From positions 56,362,651 to 56,426,650 of the forward strand of contig JARFYF010000001.1 of the NCBI GenBank assembly GCA_030265395.1: DNA of 64,000 nt, read 5' to 3'. The notes below the pieces were generated by a model that saw only the letters and a program-made list of their open reading frames with translations, did not search any database and was not told the origin of the DNA. The position numbers were made by a program, and so were the translations under genes. The first letter of the stretch is position 1, and each line of letters opens with the position of its first letter. This document shows, piece by piece, positions 61,608-64,000 of the stretch. The stretch is from Rhina ancylostomus. Its lineage: Eukaryota.

Positions 61608-63185
61608 ACACACAAGAGACTGCAGATGCTGGAATCTGGTGCAAAAATGAGCTGCTGAAGGAACTGAGGAGTTAGACAGCATCTCTAAAGGGAAATGGAC
61701 AGTTGTCATTTCAGGTTGAGACCCTTCACCTGGACTGAAAGAGTAGTCTGGAGATAGCCAGTGTTAAGAGATGAGTGGAAGGGATGGATCCAGTTGAGGA
61801 GTGTTGATTGGTAGATAGAGTGAGGTGGGGAAGGGAAGGGTGGAGATAGCACTGGAGGCTGGGAGGTGAGAGGTGGAGGCAACAAAGGGCCGCAGAAAGG
61901 AAAATGAAGAGGAACCAAATAAAGGAGGTATGGTGGGCAGATGGAAACAGTGCAGGGAGTGGACATAGTGGGAGGAGTGTGTGAGTGATGGACAGATGGA
62001 GTAGCTGGGGGAAGAGGAAAGAAATTGTGAGATAGGGGCTGGGAATGTGGGTTGCAGAGAAGTGTGTGGGAGGGCCTGTGTAGATCGGGAGAGAGAAAAG
62101 GACAGTGGGGAACAGGTTTCCTAAAATTGTAGAAGTCACTGTTCATGCCGTCAGATTGTAGACTACTCAGGCTGAGCAGGAAGTGCTGTTCTTCCCATTT
62201 GCATTTGGCCTCACCCTAGAAATTTCTCTGTCACTGCCACATCTGTTCTTGAGATGAGGCCTTCCACTCCGGGACATCTGAGACGTCCTCCTTTTTCAGA
62301 AAGTGTGGCTTCCCCCAGCTGTAGTTGATGGAGCCAACATCTGCATCTGCTCCATTTCCCACACTTCTGCTCTCACCCCGTCTCTACCCCCAGAGGGAAC
62401 AGGGAAAGAGTTCCCTTGGTGCTTACCTTTCGCCCCACCAGCCTCCACATCCAGCACTTCATCCTTTGTCGTTTCCACCAGCTACAGTGTGATGCCACCA
62501 CCAGTCACAACTTCCCCTACCCAAATGTTTCTGCTTTCCATCAGGACCACACTCCCCATAATTCCCTTGTTCACCCAGACCTCCCCACCCATCTTTCCCC
62601 CTCCATGTGCACTTTCCCCTGCAACTCTAGGAGGTGTAACACCTGTCCAGATGCCTCCTCTCTCACCTCCGACTCAGGGACCCAAACAGCCCTTCCAGGT
62701 TTGGCAGTGATTCACATGCATTTCTTCCAACCTTGTCTGCTGCATTCGGTGATCACAAGGTGGCCTCCTCTACGTCAGTGAGACCAAGCATATGGTCCCA
62801 CTGAGCACCTGGGCTCTGCCCACCATAGCCATCTGGAGCTCCCGGTTGCAAGCCACTTACATTCCCCTCTCTATTCCCACACAGACCTGTCTGTCCTCAG
62901 CCTCCCCCACTGCCAAGGCGAGGCCAAACACAAACTGGAAGAATACCACCTCACAGTCTACAGCCTGACGGCAAGNNNNNNNNNNNNNNNNNNNNNNNNN
63001 NNNNNNNNNNNNNNNNNNNNNNNNNNNNNNNNNNNNNNNNNNNNNNNNNNNNNNNNNNNNNNNNNNNNNNNNNNNCTGGCCATCCTCCCCTCTATCTTTC
63101 AGTCCAGATGAAGGGCCCATTTTCATCTGCATATGCTGCCTGAATTGCCGAGTTCCTCCAGCATTTCGATTTTTGCCCCACAGGT
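61608..63185. mobile_element. Penelope-like element with inverted terminal segment (61608-62218 minus; 62220-63185 plus)
   Basis: Plus arm: LVLTFRPTSLHIQ..I...F..LQ, FPCN.RRCNTCP, acaaactggaagaataccacctc and tail. Minus arm repeats the GIY-YIG C-terminus (gcaaatgggaagaacagcacttc, MNSDFYNFR), spacer and tail. Confidence 0.75.
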
Positions 63186-63299
63186 TCTTATTGTTACAGT
63201 AGCCTTTTATGGGGCATCTTATCAAATTCCCGCTAGAAATACAGATATAAATTCTATTGTTGAACGCAATTTCCCTTTCATAAATGAAATCCAAAAAAA

Positions 63300-63530
63300 C
63301 GCAGATGAAAAAGAAACAGAAAATGGTCTCCGTCCTGAAATGTTAACTCTGTTTCCCTTTACACAGATGCTGCCTGACCCACTGAGTGTTTTCTGCATTT
63401 TCTGTGCCAAATCATTCTGAGTCCAAATGAAGGGTCTCAACCTGAAATATTGACTGTCCACTTCCCTCCATAGATGTTGGCTGATCCGCTGAGTTCCTCC
63501 AGCACTTTGTGTGTTGTTCCTTTCCAGCAA
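63300..63530 (+). mobile_element. Two adjacent Penelope-type tails
   Basis: cctgaaatgttaactctg...cacagatgctgcctgaccc, then gagtc-CAAATGA-agggtctcaacct-GAAA-tatt-gactg...catagatgttggctgatccgctgagttcctccagc. Confidence 0.65.
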
Positions 63531-64000
63531 ACCACGCTGACTGTGCTGCATTGTCTTACGACTTTCTAATTGTCCATTATTGATCTCTTTAATAATGGAT
63601 TCCAGAAGTTTCTGAGCTAACTGGTGTAGTTTCCTGCTTTTTGTCTCTATTCTTTCTTGAATTGATGTGTTACATTTGCAGTTTCCCAATTCTCTGGGAC
63701 CATGCAGAATCCAGGGAACGTTGGTACATTTCAAACAATGCATCCACTAACTCTGTCGATGCTTCCTTTCAGATGTTAGGATGCAGGCCATCAGATCCAG
63801 AGGACCTGCTGGCCTTTAGCCCTATAAATTTTCCTTATGATTTGTGATTAATTTATGTTTTTCTTGAGAACGTTGTGTCTCTGATACTATGTGGCTGTGA
63901 TGCTGCTGCAAGTAAATTTTTCATTGCACTTGTGCAGAAATGTACTTGTGCATATAATGATAAACTCAACTTTGACTTCAATACGTTTCTTCTAGTGATT

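Overview
Eukaryotic (vertebrate) genomic DNA from a gapped draft assembly. The repeat content (HE1/V-type SINEs, Deu-domain SINEs, CR1, Rex1, RTE and Penelope-like elements) suggests a cartilaginous fish (shark or ray); this is an inference. The window holds a complete 25-exon SF3B1 gene on the minus strand (ATG 49103, stop 23068; CDS 3978 nt, 1325 aa). It also holds the CpG-island promoter and 27-nt first coding exon of ANKRD44 (minus strand, 4662-4688), the same gene order as human 2q33. The rest is intergenic or intronic DNA full of decayed retroelements, including a nested transposon cluster that starts about 400 bp upstream of SF3B1. Notable points: (1) stop-containing 'poison'-type alternative exons in SF3B1 intron 4, one closely matching the human GFYSAA* short-isoform exon as I recall it; (2) a GC-AG intron 16; (3) an expanded (TPGH)5-TPGN phospho-repeat in exon 7; (4) many decayed copies of a Penelope tail whose consensus is a minimal hammerhead ribozyme; (5) a long inverted repeat in intron 1; (6) mini box C/D-like motifs in introns. 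No prokaryotic-type system is present. Exon coordinates were read base by base; repeat boundaries are approximate; human comparisons are from memory and need checking.
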